Assembly: GCF_018350175.1 (NCBI RefSeq)
Contig: NC_058368.1
Location: 108,998,001-109,062,000, forward strand
Direction of reading: 5' to 3'
DNA: 64,000 nt
DNA from: Felis catus
Taxonomy: Eukaryota
The notes below the pieces were generated by a model, which was given only the letters and a program-made list of their open reading frames with translations, did no database searches and was not told the origin of the DNA. Both the position numbers and the translations under genes were made by a program. Position 1 is the first letter of the stretch. Every line of letters begins with the position of its first letter. This document shows positions 48,061-62,589 of the stretch, piece after piece.

Positions 48061-48396
48061 TATCTTAGTCGACTCAGGCTGCCATAGCAAAATACCACAG
48101 ACTTGGAGGCCTAAACGACAGAAATTTATTTCTCACAGTTCTGAAGTCTGGAAACTCCAAGATCAAGGTGCTGGTGGATTCAGTTCCTCATGAGAGTCTT
48201 CCTGACTTGTAGATGGCCACCTTCTTGTGAGCTCTCCAGTGTTTCTTTCTTATAAGGTCACTGATCCCATCATAAGGGCCCCACCTTCATGATCTCATCT
48301 AAACATAATTAGTTCCCAAAGGCTCATTTCCAAATATGATTGAGGATTAGAGCTTCCACATATGAATTTGGGAGAGACATAGTTCAGTTCATAGCA
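48061..48396 (-). mobile_element. MaLR solo LTR (MLT1A-like) nested in the ERV-L
   Basis: tcttagtc...aaataccacagact...aaatttatttctcacagttctg...cagttcatagca; ERV-L sequence resumes on both sides. Confidence 0.88.
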
Positions 48397-50361
48397 GTGA
48401 TCTTTTACCAGATCAACTCCGGCCTGGAGAAAGAGAAAGTCCTAGACCTTTCAAAGGATTCAAGAGTATGAGCTAGCATTGATGCCAAGGGTTGGGAAAC
48501 ACCGTCATGGTCCCCCAGTTAGATTGGAGGCTCATGAAAGCCAGATGGTAAACAGAGTTCTCATTCATACAGGTCTAATAGATGTAAAGATCCACAGTGT
48601 AGTGGTCCCTAAGTGCATAACTGGGATAGCTATGCTGAGCAGCTGGCAAGACCCTAATATTTATTCCCTGCCCTAATAACTAAGAGCCATTAGGGTATGT
48701 AGGGACAACTAGAAGCCTCTAACATGCCCACATTTTTGATAAATTTATTAAATCAGAAGTAATACCACATCCTGGGAGACGCTGCAAGGATTAGCACCAA
48801 CACCAAAGATTTTCTTTTCAAAATCCCTCAGTAAGGGTATCAAAAGCTATTTGCTTTTCTGTGGGATGAATAGCAGTACATATTCACTTTCTTGCCCCTG
48901 AACTATGTCAATTCTCATGCTCTCTGTCACAATATAGTACTTAGTGACTTTGATTATATTGATATTCCCTAAAACATCATGATAGTCCATAATTGATCAC
49001 ATAATGCTAATATGACCTAATGAGCAAGAATAATCAAGTACTCTAGATGTCCTAGTAAGACACATGCATGCCAGAATTTGAGAAATAAAAAGATTCAGGG
49101 CCTTCCACACTGGTAACATTTTTCTCTTACCCTTTTGTTCTGCAATGAGTTAAATGTACATAAAAATAAACAAACTAGAAAATAAACCGTTAGATCCACC
49201 ATCATGGCCAATTCTATTTCACCTATATCCTCATTTGCTTCTTCTATCCCATAGTATTTTGAAGCAAATTGGTAAAATTATTGGGGAACCAGTAGTATGG
49301 AGTATGCCAGGCAATCCCCTATAAGGTTAAGTCAAGTTGTTGTACCCTGTACCCTCGACCACTAATAAAGACTTGGTGCTTGGTGAGAATACTACTCTGA
49401 TCCAGTTATTGAGTGCCTTGGAAGGCTCCCAATTCTGAGTGAAGCCGAGAGCAAGAGAGAGCTCTACAGTGTGTACAACTATAGTACAAGGTTCCTTACT
49501 ATTCTGTCCATATGACCCAGCAGAATCAATGGTGTTCATGGTGATAAGAATGCTGGGATGCTGGGTAGAGCCTCTGACAAGCTCTAATAAAAGGGTTTCA
49601 GTACAGATCTCTAGAGTTCCAGGGCAAGGTCATGTCTTCTGCAGCAGAAAGCTATTTGTCTTTAGAAAAGCAGCTATTTGGCCACAGTAAAAAACTAAAT
49701 GCTTGGCAGTGGGACATCAAGGGTCTGTACAGCTAGAGATGTCTAATGTTAACTGAGTATTGCCAAATTCTATCAACTTACAACGTTGAGCAGGCACATT
49801 GGCAATTCATCATGTAATAGAAATGGTAGCGTTGTGACAGGACTGAGCAGGTCCACGGTGTTCATGTAAGTTTACGAACAAGTGGCTCAGACTCCTATGA
49901 CACCTACCTCAGCTATACCAGTCCTTTCCCCTCAGCTCAAACTTTGGTCTTGTGGGGGTGATTCTCTACAACCAAATAATAGTGGCGAAAAATATTCAGC
50001 CCTCACTCACAGACAGGTTAGCTCGATGCTAGCCAAAAAATGGATCCTTACTGAAACAAAGCCCCACTCTGGCCCTAGACAGTGGTGAAGGGAAATCCTT
50101 TCAGTGGGTGCACCTTTAAGTAGTGCGCTTGGGCATTTATTTTGTATGGGGGGCAAAATGGCTCAAGGTATGGATTTACATTTGCTGATGGGCAGTGTCA
50201 AACAGTTTACTTGGGTGGAACCTGTTCAGCTGTCACACATGTGCAATCTAGAAGTGCAGAGGAGTTAACTAATGGAGCCAGAACTGGGAAACAAATGCCT
50301 CCTCATTCCATATGGCTCTTTGGAAGGTCCCATTGGGATCTCTGTCACCCATAGCAGTGAG

Positions 50362-50600
50362 GTTTGGGGAAAGGCTGAGGCAAATGTGAAACTAGTGAGG
50401 CACTTGTGTCAGATGGAAAATTTAAGGGGGCACCAAGAAATTCCATAATCAAAAGAAATAATATTTTAATATAGCATTTAAAAAAATCAAAATCAATATA
50501 AAAATCCATGATCAAAGTAAAGATTAGGATCAGTATTACTAATTTTTTTCCTTTGGCCTCAGGATCCAATGTTCCAGCACAGCATAATCACTGACCCTGG
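50362..50600. mobile_element. hAT-Tip100-like DNA element (MER96B-like) nested in the 3' LTR
   Basis: aaaatttaagggggcaccaag...aataatattttaat...aaaatccatgat...gcctcagg; family name from memory. Confidence 0.55.
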
Positions 50601-50915
50601 TGCCAATAACCCCTCGGTTACACAGTCTTTTCTGGCCTTACCTTCTTTCCTATTCACTCTTCTGAGCCCCTCACTCCTTTTCCTGGGATCATTGCTCAAA
50701 ATGAACCATCTTCACATAAATTCCTATCTCAGGCTTTGCTTTTATACTGAGGGAGAGGAGGAAGGATGAGATTCAAGCTAAGTAACACAATGGCCACATA
50801 AAGTATTATTTAAAGGATACTTTTGGAAGTAAAGGGATGTGCTATTAATAATTTCGCAGGATTAGCATGCATAAATCAGACCTGTCCTAGCACATCAGAA
50901 CAAAAGGAAACAGGA

Positions 50916-51135
50916 GGAGAACCTCGGTGTCTCAGTCGATTAAGTGTGGGAGTTTTGATTTCTACTGAGGTCATGATCTCACAGGTACTGAGCTGGGGCC
51001 CTGCCCTGCACCCTGCACTAGGTTTATGCTGGGCGTGGAGCCTGCTTAAGATTCTCTCTCCCTCTCCCTCTACTCCTTACCTGGTCCCTCTCTCTCTCTC
51101 TCTCAAAAAAATAAGCTTAAAAAAAAAAAAAAGGA
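50916..51135 (+). mobile_element. Can-SINE (older)
   Basis: Diverged head, ggagcctgcttaagattctctct, duplication aaaggaaacagg. Confidence 0.88.
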
Positions 51136-51679
51136 AAGGAAACAGGTTCTAAGGGAGAAAAGGAATGAGAAACCAGCCTAAGAGGAGGGGTTAGACTGAA
51201 AACTACATAAACTGAGGCAGAAATGTCCCTCAGCCACTTAACCAGGACCTGGAAAGCAAACACACTTGCACACAATCTCCAAAAAGGTAGGACCTTGAAC
51301 CTGTCAACCTCATCTGCCTGCCTTCTGCACCCCAGGACTCAGACCACATCCCTGGGCTAGTTCACACCAACAGCAGGGGGCCTTTGGCAGGCACTGAACT
51401 ATTTGAGGCCCCTGCTCTGGTTTCCCGGCCAGATCTGGCCAAACTAGACCTTCTCCTCCTCCCTCTCTCCGTTCCTGGACTGGGGGCGGTCCCTTCTGCA
51501 ACCCAAAGGCCTTCCAGTCCAAGAAGGCTCTGGCAGTCAGCCCCAATAAAGAGCCCCGGGGGCATGGGGAGAACGAAGAGATCCAAATCAGACCCCAGAG
51601 GTGGCGACAAGAGCGCCTCCATTACTGCGCTCTCACACAGGGCCAGACTTCGTGTTGAAGTCCTCTAGAAACCCCAGCG

Positions 51680-53075
<1,396 letters not shown>

Positions 53076-55254
53076 CCCACTTGCAATCAAACCTGACTGG
53101 CAAGCAACTGGGTTATGCTTCTCAAACACGTGTGTGCTGCGCATGAGCAGGGCTCGAGTGAGGCTTATTCCTGAGCGGTCCAGTCTAATATGGAGGGGAT
53201 GGAGCAGGGAGTGTTGTCGCCAACTGTCTTTCCCTTTTTGAGTTTCACAACAGATGAAATTGTTTCCCAAGAGGCCCAGTCCCAGGCTGCTCAGATGTAC
53301 AGTCTGATTCAAGTTCCTGCTACTCACAGGAGGAGGGGTGTGGGGATCTCTGCTGAACCCAAGTGCATACACAGAGAAGAGCCTTGTTGCAGGGCAGGCT
53401 GTGGGCAGGTTTGACCTGTTTCCTGGCCACAGAGGTCTGGAAGAATCAAAGGGTCTACTGCTCTGCCATACACATTTTGGTGAAGCTTGGGGTCCTATCT
53501 TGAGGCTCCAATTTCTCTGAAAAGGAGCAGAGGACCTTCTGATGCTGACTGGCTACAGGGGCCACAGGAGCCATAACTCTGGCCCCAACGTACTGATAAA
53601 GAGACTGACTCAGAGACTCTTCTGAGCATAGGATGCAGGGGCCAGCAGGGGTTCCAGTTTATGCCATTAGCACCTTAGGATCCTAAGTGGTTTGGTGGCA
53701 AGTCTTCTGTTTCAGGAGTCAGGCTACACACATACTTTGTCCCTTACACTTCTTGCTTCACATGTGCTATGGGCCACAAGATGCCGCGTCCTTCTGAGGG
53801 GGGCATACCCAGACCAGTTTCCTGCTGTTGATCAGACAGGTAGGATTTCCCAGCTTCTGGCCCTGCCCCTGCTCTATGTTCCTCCCAAGAAAAACCCCAG
53901 TGTGGCCCCTCTTAGTCCTTAATCCTCTTGTCTCAGAACAATGTAGCAATCATCAGACGCCATGTCTGGCCTTATGCTGGGCACTAGGCTAAAGACAGTT
54001 GGGGTGTAGGGGCTGCTTTCAAAACTCACATGCCCCTGGGGCACACTGGCCAGGTTACAGAGAGGGCTAACATTAACTCTGGTTAGTAATAGGATTCTGG
54101 AGCCTAAATTCAAGTTTGGCTGACCTGCTATGTGACCTGGAGCAGTATATTACTGTCTCTGTGCAGATAACAGGGTGAGGGAATACTCCAAGAAAAAGTG
54201 ATAAAATTAGAGCTGAGTCTGGAAATATGAGTAGAACTTGCCCAAGCAAAGAACATGGCAGATTCTGTGGAAGGAATTCCCGTAGATCCAGGCAGCTGGT
54301 GTTCAGGGGATGACAGGTGAGGCTAGATACGCCTACAGAGATCATTTCACAGTGGTCACTGTAAAAATGTTGACTAATTGACTTTATTCTGAGAGCAGTG
54401 AGGAAATAATAAGGGTTCTAAGCAAGGGGTAACATGGCCAGATTTGGGTTTTCAGCAGAAGCTTACTCTAGCTGCTATGAAAAGCAAGAAGACCAGTGAG
54501 GAATCTGTGGGAGTTTCCTTGGCAAGAGACTGGTGGCCAGCCAGGGGTGGTGGCTACAGGATCTATAGGACCTGTGGAAAGTGGGCTCAGCCTGTGACCC
54601 ACCTCTGGATCCCCCAGCATTGCCACCAGGCCTACCTTGGACCCTGAAGTGACTGTGCTTCTCTGGCATTGATCCCCTAGCAGGGGCTCCTAGTGCCCAC
54701 CCCCTTCCCACAGCCTGGTCCTGGGGTATCTAAGACTGGGGATCAGTTCACTCCACCTCAATTCCTGGAACTTGAGCTAAAGCTGGCCCCACTAGCTGGA
54801 GCCCCCCTAAAAGCTGATCTGAACTCTTTTCTCTTCCTCGCTGGTGTCATTGACCTCATGGTGTGAAGGGTGGGTAGCTGCTCACCTTCAACGCCATAGC
54901 TCCCCCTGTTGTGCCCTACTAAAGGATCCTGTGGGCACCTCTGGGGATGCACATCATCACACACTCACACGCAGGAAAAGGGTTTGCTTTTCTCAGCAGG
55001 CTTTCCCTTCCTTGCTTCTTTTTTGGTGGAAGAGTAAAATAAAAGACAAATGGATACTGGTGTTTGGGAGGAAGGAGAGGAGAAGCACCTCTGAGTAGGT
55101 GAGTAGGGGGAGGTGGTTCTCCACAGAGAGATGGTGACACAAGAAGAAGTTCTGGAGTCAGACTGGAGGGCCAGTTCTGACCCCACCCCTAGCCATTTGG
55201 CTGACTTCAGCAGTTACATCACTTTTCAAAGCCTCAGTTTCCTTAACTACGAGA

Positions 55255-55450
55255 GGAGATACAAGCATGTGAAAATCTGCTCGACATTACTAATCAGTAA
55301 GGAAATGTAATCAACACCACAGTGAGATATCACCTCACACCCATTAGGATGGCTGTTATACGGAGAAATTGGAATTCTTGTGCACTGTTGGTAGGAGTGT
55401 AAAAAGGTGTAGCCACTATGAAAAACAGTATGGGAGTTCCTCACAAGATT
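55255..55450 (+). mobile_element. L1 ORF2-end fragment
   Basis: accacagtgagatatcacctcacacccattaggatggct...gccactatgaaaaacagtatgg. Confidence 0.8.
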
Positions 55451-58003
55451 ACAAGTAGTTTACAAGTTGGGAAAACTAGGCAGTCACTTCTGAGCTGGGT
55501 ACCACTTCCCCTAGGCCCCATGCTCCAGAGGCCCTGTGAGAGCCTTTTTTTGGTAAGGACCAGCTTTCTGTGGCAGGCCGCCAGTGGCCTGAGGCGGGCA
55601 TGCTGCTCCATCATCCAGGCTTCTGTCCTCTCCTGAAGTTGGCTGCATCCTTTAGGAATCCGTGGGTGGAGCTGCTGGTGGCTATGCCCTTGAGCATGAT
55701 ACAGCCTCCAGCAAAGGGCCTGGGCCTCTAGGGGCACTAGACTCGTGCCATCTTTCCTGGGACCTGGGGTCAGGGCACAGACAGAGGAGGACACACTGAT
55801 TCTCCACCCATAACCCAAAAGTATGAGGTAGGAACATGAGGGCCTCATCCTCTGCTAATAGGGCGCTTATGGGAGGCATTGGGAGTAGCAGAGGAGGGAC
55901 GATGAAATAGACTAAGGTTGATATCTGGTTGCTACCACATGGGACTACATACCACAGGATGTGCCTCCTCTGAGGCCTGGGTGGCCTCTGGCAAAGGTGA
56001 AAACTTTGAGCAGTAGGCAGGCTTATGCAGTTTTCTTTCTGTCAGGCCTAGAAGCTACCAGGAAATGCTGCTGGTGAGTGTAGAGACTAGCAGCTTGGCT
56101 GTCAGGACAGCCTGAATATTATTAACCAAGTTCACACTCTAGCTCTCTGTCACATTCCAGAGGGGACAAGGTATGGGATCTACGCCTCCAGCCAACACCA
56201 GCGAGATTTTCAGAAAGATCTTGCACAGAAAACAAATAAAAGAGACTCAGGGGCTTCCCCTAGCTCTGATCTGAAATTGCTTCCCTGTTTGTTTATCAGC
56301 TGCCTCACCCCAAACAGTTTGTGCGTTGCCTCTCAGCTGTGCTCCTCTGACAATGGCCACCAGGATCTCAGAATGTGCTTTTGTCCGGAGGCTTCTTCAC
56401 CCACATCTCCTGCCAAGTTTCTGGATAAACAAACTTTGTCCATCCCTCCTGGTGTACAACAGAACGCTCACACAGAGTCCAAGAGGTAGGGTGGTGTATT
56501 GACATAAACAAGGCTCTGGCAGGGTGGGTCACAGGAGCTGCACATGCCTCTGAGTGGACGATAATTTCGTCCTGGCAGCAAGCTAAATTCACTTCATATT
56601 CCGGGCTAATGCAGGGCTGCCTTGTTATCTGAAACTTTGGTCTGGTTTTAAGTATGTCTCTGGAGCCCAAAAGAAGAGCAAGAAAAGCACACATTTGGAG
56701 TAGAGATGGTGGAGAGAGATTGGAGGCTCTTGGGAAGGGCCAGGTTGACTCACATGCCCTAGCGATGGCCACAGATAGCCTGAGGCTGGCGGCTTTTGCT
56801 GTGTATTTGTAGGACTGGAGGTCAGGTTCACAGTGGCACCTTCCATAGCTTCCCCTCAGTGCTGGAGGGCTGATACAGACCCCATCTCACTCACTTCTGT
56901 TCCCAGAGTGGAGCCTAGGAGATGTGTGGTGGATCCGATGCCAGGCTGCACGGGGGAGAGCCGGGTCTCTGAGTCCCCTTCTCTTTCCTTCAGGTGCCTC
57001 CACTCCCATCCTTACCACCCCACTCAAACTTTTGCTTTGGTTCAGCCTCTAGTGACCACAGAGCTCTCCACTGAGGCCTCCCCACCTATGGTTGTTTTTT
57101 CTTTACTTGTAATCTGAAGAAGGAAGGATACTGAGGACATTTTAAGGTTTAGTGCCCCCCTTCCCCCCCCCCCCACCACTATCCCCTGAGCTCTGAGTTG
57201 TAGAGGCTTTATTCCTGGTGAGTACAGCCAAGAGATTGGGGAATCCCATCCTCTACTTGGCTCCTACTCATATAGTGGCAGCTCAAGCCCAGATTCCACA
57301 GGCTGAGAATACTGGGGCCCTGGTTGTGCTTGTCCCAGATTGTTTGTAAGGTAAGATGTTCCATCCCAGGAGAGTCAAGCCGAAAAGGCAGAGGCTACCA
57401 TCCTCGCCCAGAATCCAATTCTGAGGGCCACTTTTCCTACTACCGGCTCTGGAGCAAGGGCTCAGAGATTTTGTCCAGGCGGACAGGTAGGCCATAAGAA
57501 TGGAGCTCTGAAGCTGTCCCCACGGGAAATAACTGCATTTGTTAGAAGTTGAAGAAGAAAAACACTAATGTACACAGCTCAGAAGCTCAAAGAATTCCAA
57601 GTAGAAGAAACAAAAAGAGTTCCACACACAGATACATTATAGTAAAACTGCTGAGACCCAAAGACAAAGGTAAAGTTTTGAAAGCAGCAAAGAAAATATG
57701 ACTTGTGACATACAAGGGAAGCCTGATAAGGTTTACCCTTGACTTCTGATCAGAAACAATGGAGGCCAGAAGCCAGTGGGTAACATATTCAAAATGCTGA
57801 AAGAAAAAAGATGTCAACCAAGAATCTTAGTTCTAGCAAAACTATCTTTCAAAAATGAAGTAAAGATATTCCCCAATACAAAAACGCACAACTGAGAGAA
57901 AGTTTTCACAACTTATTCTTCAGGAATAAGTTTTTTTAAATGAACAACTTAAGATCTGAAAACTGAAAAACATCTTTGAAAGAAATTAAAGAAGACATAA
58001 ATA

Positions 58004-58206
58004 GGAGCACTTGGGTGGCTAAGTACATTAAAGGACTGACTCTCGATTTCATCTTGGGTCTTGATCACAGGGTTGTGGGATCAAGCCCCAAGTCAGGCTC
58101 TGTGCTGAGCATGGAGCCTGCTTGGGATTCTCTCGTTCTGCCCTCTCCTTCACGTGTGCACATGCACTGTCTTTCTCTCTCTCTCTCAAATTAAAAAAAA
58201 AAAAAA
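58004..58206 (+). mobile_element. Can-SINE within L1
   Basis: Duplication gaagacataaata. Confidence 0.92.
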
Positions 58207-58636
58207 GGAAGACATAAATAAATGTGAAGACATGTCATGTTCTGCTCATGAAGTAGAAGTCATAATATTGTTAAGATAGCAGCACTCCTCAAATTTATCT
58301 ATAGATTCAACACAAAATTTGTTCAGTATTATTAGTCATAAGGGAAATGAAAATTGAAACCACAATGAGACACTTAACACCCGTTGGGATGGTTAGAGTT
58401 AAAATGACATACAATAACAAGTGTTGGTAGGAAGATGGAGAACTGAAACCCTTGTTCATTGCTGTTGGGATTGTAAAATGGTGCAGCCACTTTAGAAAAT
58501 AGTTTGGGAGTTTCTTGAAAGGTTAAATGTAGATTTATCATGACCTAGCAGTTCCACTCCTATGTATATACCCAAGAAAAATGAAAACATATATCCATAC
58601 AAAATCTTGCCTGCAGAAATTCATGGCATCATTATT

Positions 58637-58826
58637 TTTTAATGTTTTTTTAAGTTTATTATTTATTTTTGAAGGAGGGGAGAAGGTCAGAGAGACACAA
58701 TCCCAAGTAGGCTCTACACTATCAGAGCTGAGCCTGATGCAAGGCTCAAACTCACAAACCATGAGATCATGACCTGACCTGAACCAAGAGTCAGATACTT
58801 AACCAACTGAGCCACCCAGGCACCCC
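58637..58826 (-). mobile_element. Can-SINE within L1
   Basis: Duplication catggcatcattatt. Confidence 0.93.
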
Positions 58827-60973
58827 CATGGCATCATTATTCATAAAAGCCATAAAGTGGAAACAACCCCATTGTCTATCAACTGATGACTGCTAAGTAA
58901 AATGTAGTCTATCCATACAGTGGTATATTATTCAACTGTAAAAAGGAAAGAAGTACTGATACATGCTAAAACAACATGAATGAACCTTGAAAACATTATG
59001 CTGAGTGAAAGAAGCCAGTCACAAAATACTACATATTGTATAGTTCCACTTAAATTAAATGTCCAGAATTGGCAAATCCTTAGAGACAGAAAATATATTA
59101 GTGGTTGCCAGAGGCCGAGGAAAGAGAATGGGAAGTGACTGTTCATGGGTATGGGGTTTCTTTCAGAGGTGCTGAAAATGTTCTCAAATTAGATAGTGCT
59201 GATGGCTGCACAACTCTTCAAATAATGCCGAAAACCACTGAATTGTACACATTACAAGAGTGAATTTTATGGTATGTAAATTGTATTTCAATGAAGCTAT
59301 TATAAACACAAAGAACAAAAAAAATCTAGATTTCCCCACCCCCATCCCCATCATGTGGCTGGGAAATTTCTAGCTTAGTCACAACAAAGTTATGAAAAAG
59401 AAATTGGAGTGGATGTGTATTCTGTTATTAACTAACTACTACTTCCTATTTTTCCCCTGGAATGAAAAGTGTAAGATGACACAATGGAAACCTATTTTTC
59501 ATTCTTAAATGGACTATTGCTAGCTTTTCATTCACAGTAATCTCTGAGATTGATATCCATTTATAAAAGGATTTTATGCTTTCTGGTAAAAGCTTTTTTG
59601 GTTTTCGGTCACTGACGAAGAAGTTCTTATATCCAAGAATCTCTGTTGGCTAGTCAGGTTTAAGTGTAACCTGCTTTACTTATTCATTCATACTGTTTGT
59701 TCTAAGTCACGATTTTGCTGTGAGAACAAAGGCATGAGCTTAGTAGAAAGTGAATGACCATTTAATGAGGCCTGAAATGTGTCAGACACTGTGTTAAACA
59801 CTGTACTTACATTTCCTGTGCTCATGACAACCCCAGGAAGGGGTATTCTTGTTACTTCTTTGAAGATGAGAAAGCAGGCTGATAGAGGTGGATGAATGCC
59901 CAAAGTCACACAACCAGAAGTGGTAGAGCCCAAGAGAGCCTGTGCTCTTTGCTCAACGTCAGGCTGCCTTCTGGAGTTCTCAGTATTATGGAGGTCACAG
60001 GGATACTCTTATCTTTATGTTCTTTTATGGCTTTGGTAAAGGGTAAAACTGCTAGCTAGACTGGCTACTTTCACAGTTCAAGGTTAAAGGTGATTTTCAA
60101 AGGACAGGGTGTGATACCATGCTTTTCCCCAAACTCATTTTCCATTACACCTGATTGTTCAGCATTCAGCGTTCATTCATGAACAATTTGTTGAATATAC
60201 ACCATTTGCCTAGCCTGGTGCAAGTGTTAGTTATCTAAAATGATTACCTGATTGAGTTCAGGTTTTAGAACTCTGTCCATCTGAAAGAGGATGAGGAAGG
60301 GGTGTCTCTTTTTCTCTCTAGCCAGAGATCAAGGGCACAGTGGCCCAGAACAGAGCCTGCCCTGCCCGGGACTACTGGGCTCATGCATGCACATATGCAC
60401 ACCTGATCTGTCCTATAAAGTATGCTTGACCTTGAGCTTTGTGGAGGCAGCAACCATGTCTGTTTTGTGCCCCACACAGAGTCTGGCCCAGAGCAGGTGC
60501 TCAATGACGGTTGAATAAATAATTAAGCAATTCCTTTTACCAATCCACTAGAACTCGAGCTGGTTGCTTCATTGCCCTGTGCCTTCATTTCCTCATTTAT
60601 AAAGTAGGGATAAAGAGAGTACTCATTTCACATGACAACCTTGAGATCCCATGAGATAATACAAGGCACACAATGAGCACCCAATACACTATAGTCAATG
60701 TTTCTGTGAAGGGGCATGAGAGACATGCGTTTCTATGCCAAGAGTGGCCTTCCGTCTTCTATTACCTTGTGACCTGGGTTTTTGTTTCTTAAAGCAAAGC
60801 TGAAAGGTGGCCCAGCTACAACGACTCACTCTGCTATGTTAAGGAATGTTAAGACCCTGAGGTCTAAGACCCTGGGGATGAGGCAGACATGGTAACCCTG
60901 AGAAGGCATATCTGGTGCCCCCACCCTACACAGCTTGGGCCAGTTAGTTCCTACATTACACTGTGTCCAATGT

Positions 60974-60975
<2 letters not shown>

Positions 60976-61015
<40 letters not shown>
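60976..61015. repeat. (TG)20 microsatellite
   Basis: Seen directly. Confidence 0.97.
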
Positions 61016-61016
<1 letters not shown>

Positions 61017-61217
61017 AGGAGGGGGTTATATTTTGGAAATTTTAGTGCTTGACCTGAAATCACAGCTCCAGAGCAACACCAGCTAGCTCCTCACCAGACC
61101 ATCCACCACTAGTCTCTGAGCAAATCACATTATGCATGTTTGTATGTACATGTATGTACACATATGTGCAGAGACCCAAGGGACAGTTCTGTCTTATTTA
61201 AGAAAAGACTCTCTTCA

Positions 61218-61343
61218 GGACTCCTGGCTGACTCTGTTGATTGACCGTCTGATTTTGGCTCAGGTCATGATCTCCAAGTTTGTGGGTTTGAGCCCTGTTT
61301 TGGGCTTTGTGCTGACAGCTCAGAACCTGGAGCCTGCTTTGGA

Positions 61344-61382
<39 letters not shown>

Positions 61383-61540
61383 TGTGTGTCTGCCCCTCCC
61401 CTGCTCTCTCTCTCTCTGTCTCTCTCTCTCTCAAAAATAAACATTAAAAATTTTTAAATAAATTTTTTATTTAAAAAATTTCTCTCAAAATAAACATTAA
61501 ATAAAATAAACATTTTCTTATTAAAAAGATTTTTTTAAGA
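61218..61540 (+). mobile_element. Can-SINE with internal (TG)n expansion and duplicated tail
   Basis: SINE body, TG run at 61347-61389, tctctcaaaa(a)taaacattaaa present twice. Confidence 0.9.
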
Positions 61541-62159
61541 CTATCTTCCACTCAGCCTACAATGTCATTGCTAACCACAGGAGTTCCCTGGGCTCTGGCT
61601 AGTGGGGCACCAAGATGCACCCCTCAAGTCCCAAGGGGCTGGTCACAGGTAGGGCCTGGCCTCCATGATAGCCCCATGGAGAAAAGGGCCCTTCTTTAGG
61701 CTGGCAGCTGATTTCTAGGACTCTAGTCTCATGAGCTGCAGCTGGAACTTTGTCTACAAATCCTGTATCCTATTACTAGGTCTGCTTCAGCTTTCCAAAC
61801 GGATTTTCTGGGCATAGTAACTTCTCAAGAGAGGGCCCAACCTTGGAATGAACCATGGGTAGCTATGATGTCCAGCTGCCTTCCTCTGCTGGGTATGAGC
61901 AGGAGTTCCAAAGGCCAAAAACACCCTCCATGAACCTGCAACAGGTGGATGCTGTGTGCACATGACTACCTCCTGTGCCACATGATGCTGATAGGGCTTC
62001 TTGGGCCCCTCTTCAGGGAAGAAGGGGGACCTAGAGCCATGGCTGTGTGGGCTCCAGTAGGAGAGCAATGGGGAGCTGACCCTTAACCCATCCTTCCCAG
62101 CACCCCAATTCAGAACTTGTCCTGCTCCATTCCCTAAATGGACCAGGCTCGACCCACTG

Positions 62160-62307
62160 CCAGGCCTTCTTTATGGGCATGCAAACTGTGCAGTCATATG
62201 GGGCTCCAAAGTTGTTTGTAATGCTCTGCTACTAACATCTTGAAATTCTTCATAGTTTTTGAACAAAGGGTCTTGCATTTTCAGATTGTACCAGGTAGCC
62301 AATCCTG
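62160..62307 (+). mobile_element. MER91A-like DNA transposon
   Basis: ttatgggcatgcaaactgtgcagtca...aatgctctgct...cttgaaattctt...gtagccaatcctg. Confidence 0.7.
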
Positions 62308-62383
62308 CTCGCGCTACCTTTGCCATGTAATCCCTGGCTCCACATATAACAGTCTTCCTCTTTCCTTTCTGTCTTTAAGTCTT

Positions 62384-62589
62384 TCTTTTTCCTTAATGTT
62401 TATTTATTTTTGAGAGAGAGAGAGAGAGAGAGCAGGAGAGGGGCAGAGAGAGACACACAGAATCCAAAGCAGGCTCCAGGCTCCAAGCTGTCAGCACAGA
62501 GCCCGACATGGGGCTCAAATTCATGAATCGTGAGATCATGACCTGAGCTGAAGTCAGACCCTCAACTGACTGAGCCACCCAGGCGCCCC
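62384..62589 (-). mobile_element. Can-SINE
   Basis: Duplication tgtctttaagtctt. Confidence 0.95.

Larger units (their letters stand above)
45780..50790 (+). mobile_element. Decayed ERV-L provirus with two LTR16-like LTRs and gag/pro/RT/RNase H remnants
   Basis: Protease-like HRHGPPVRLEAH...PKCITGIAMLSSWQDP (48479-48676). RT-like QKLFAFLWDE*QYIFTFLPLNYVNSHALCHNIV from 48841. Linker PYDPAESMV near 49510; RNase H-like DSGEGKS near 50080. Shared LTR motif at 45944 and 50233. Ends approximate. Confidence 0.85.
57530..59310 (+). mobile_element. Old L1 (L1M), internally deleted: ORF1 end, ORF2 end and 3' UTR
   Basis: cagaaacaatggaggccagaag, aaaatggtgcagccactttagaaaa, gaaccttgaaaacattatgctgagtgaaagaagccag. 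Confidence 0.88.
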
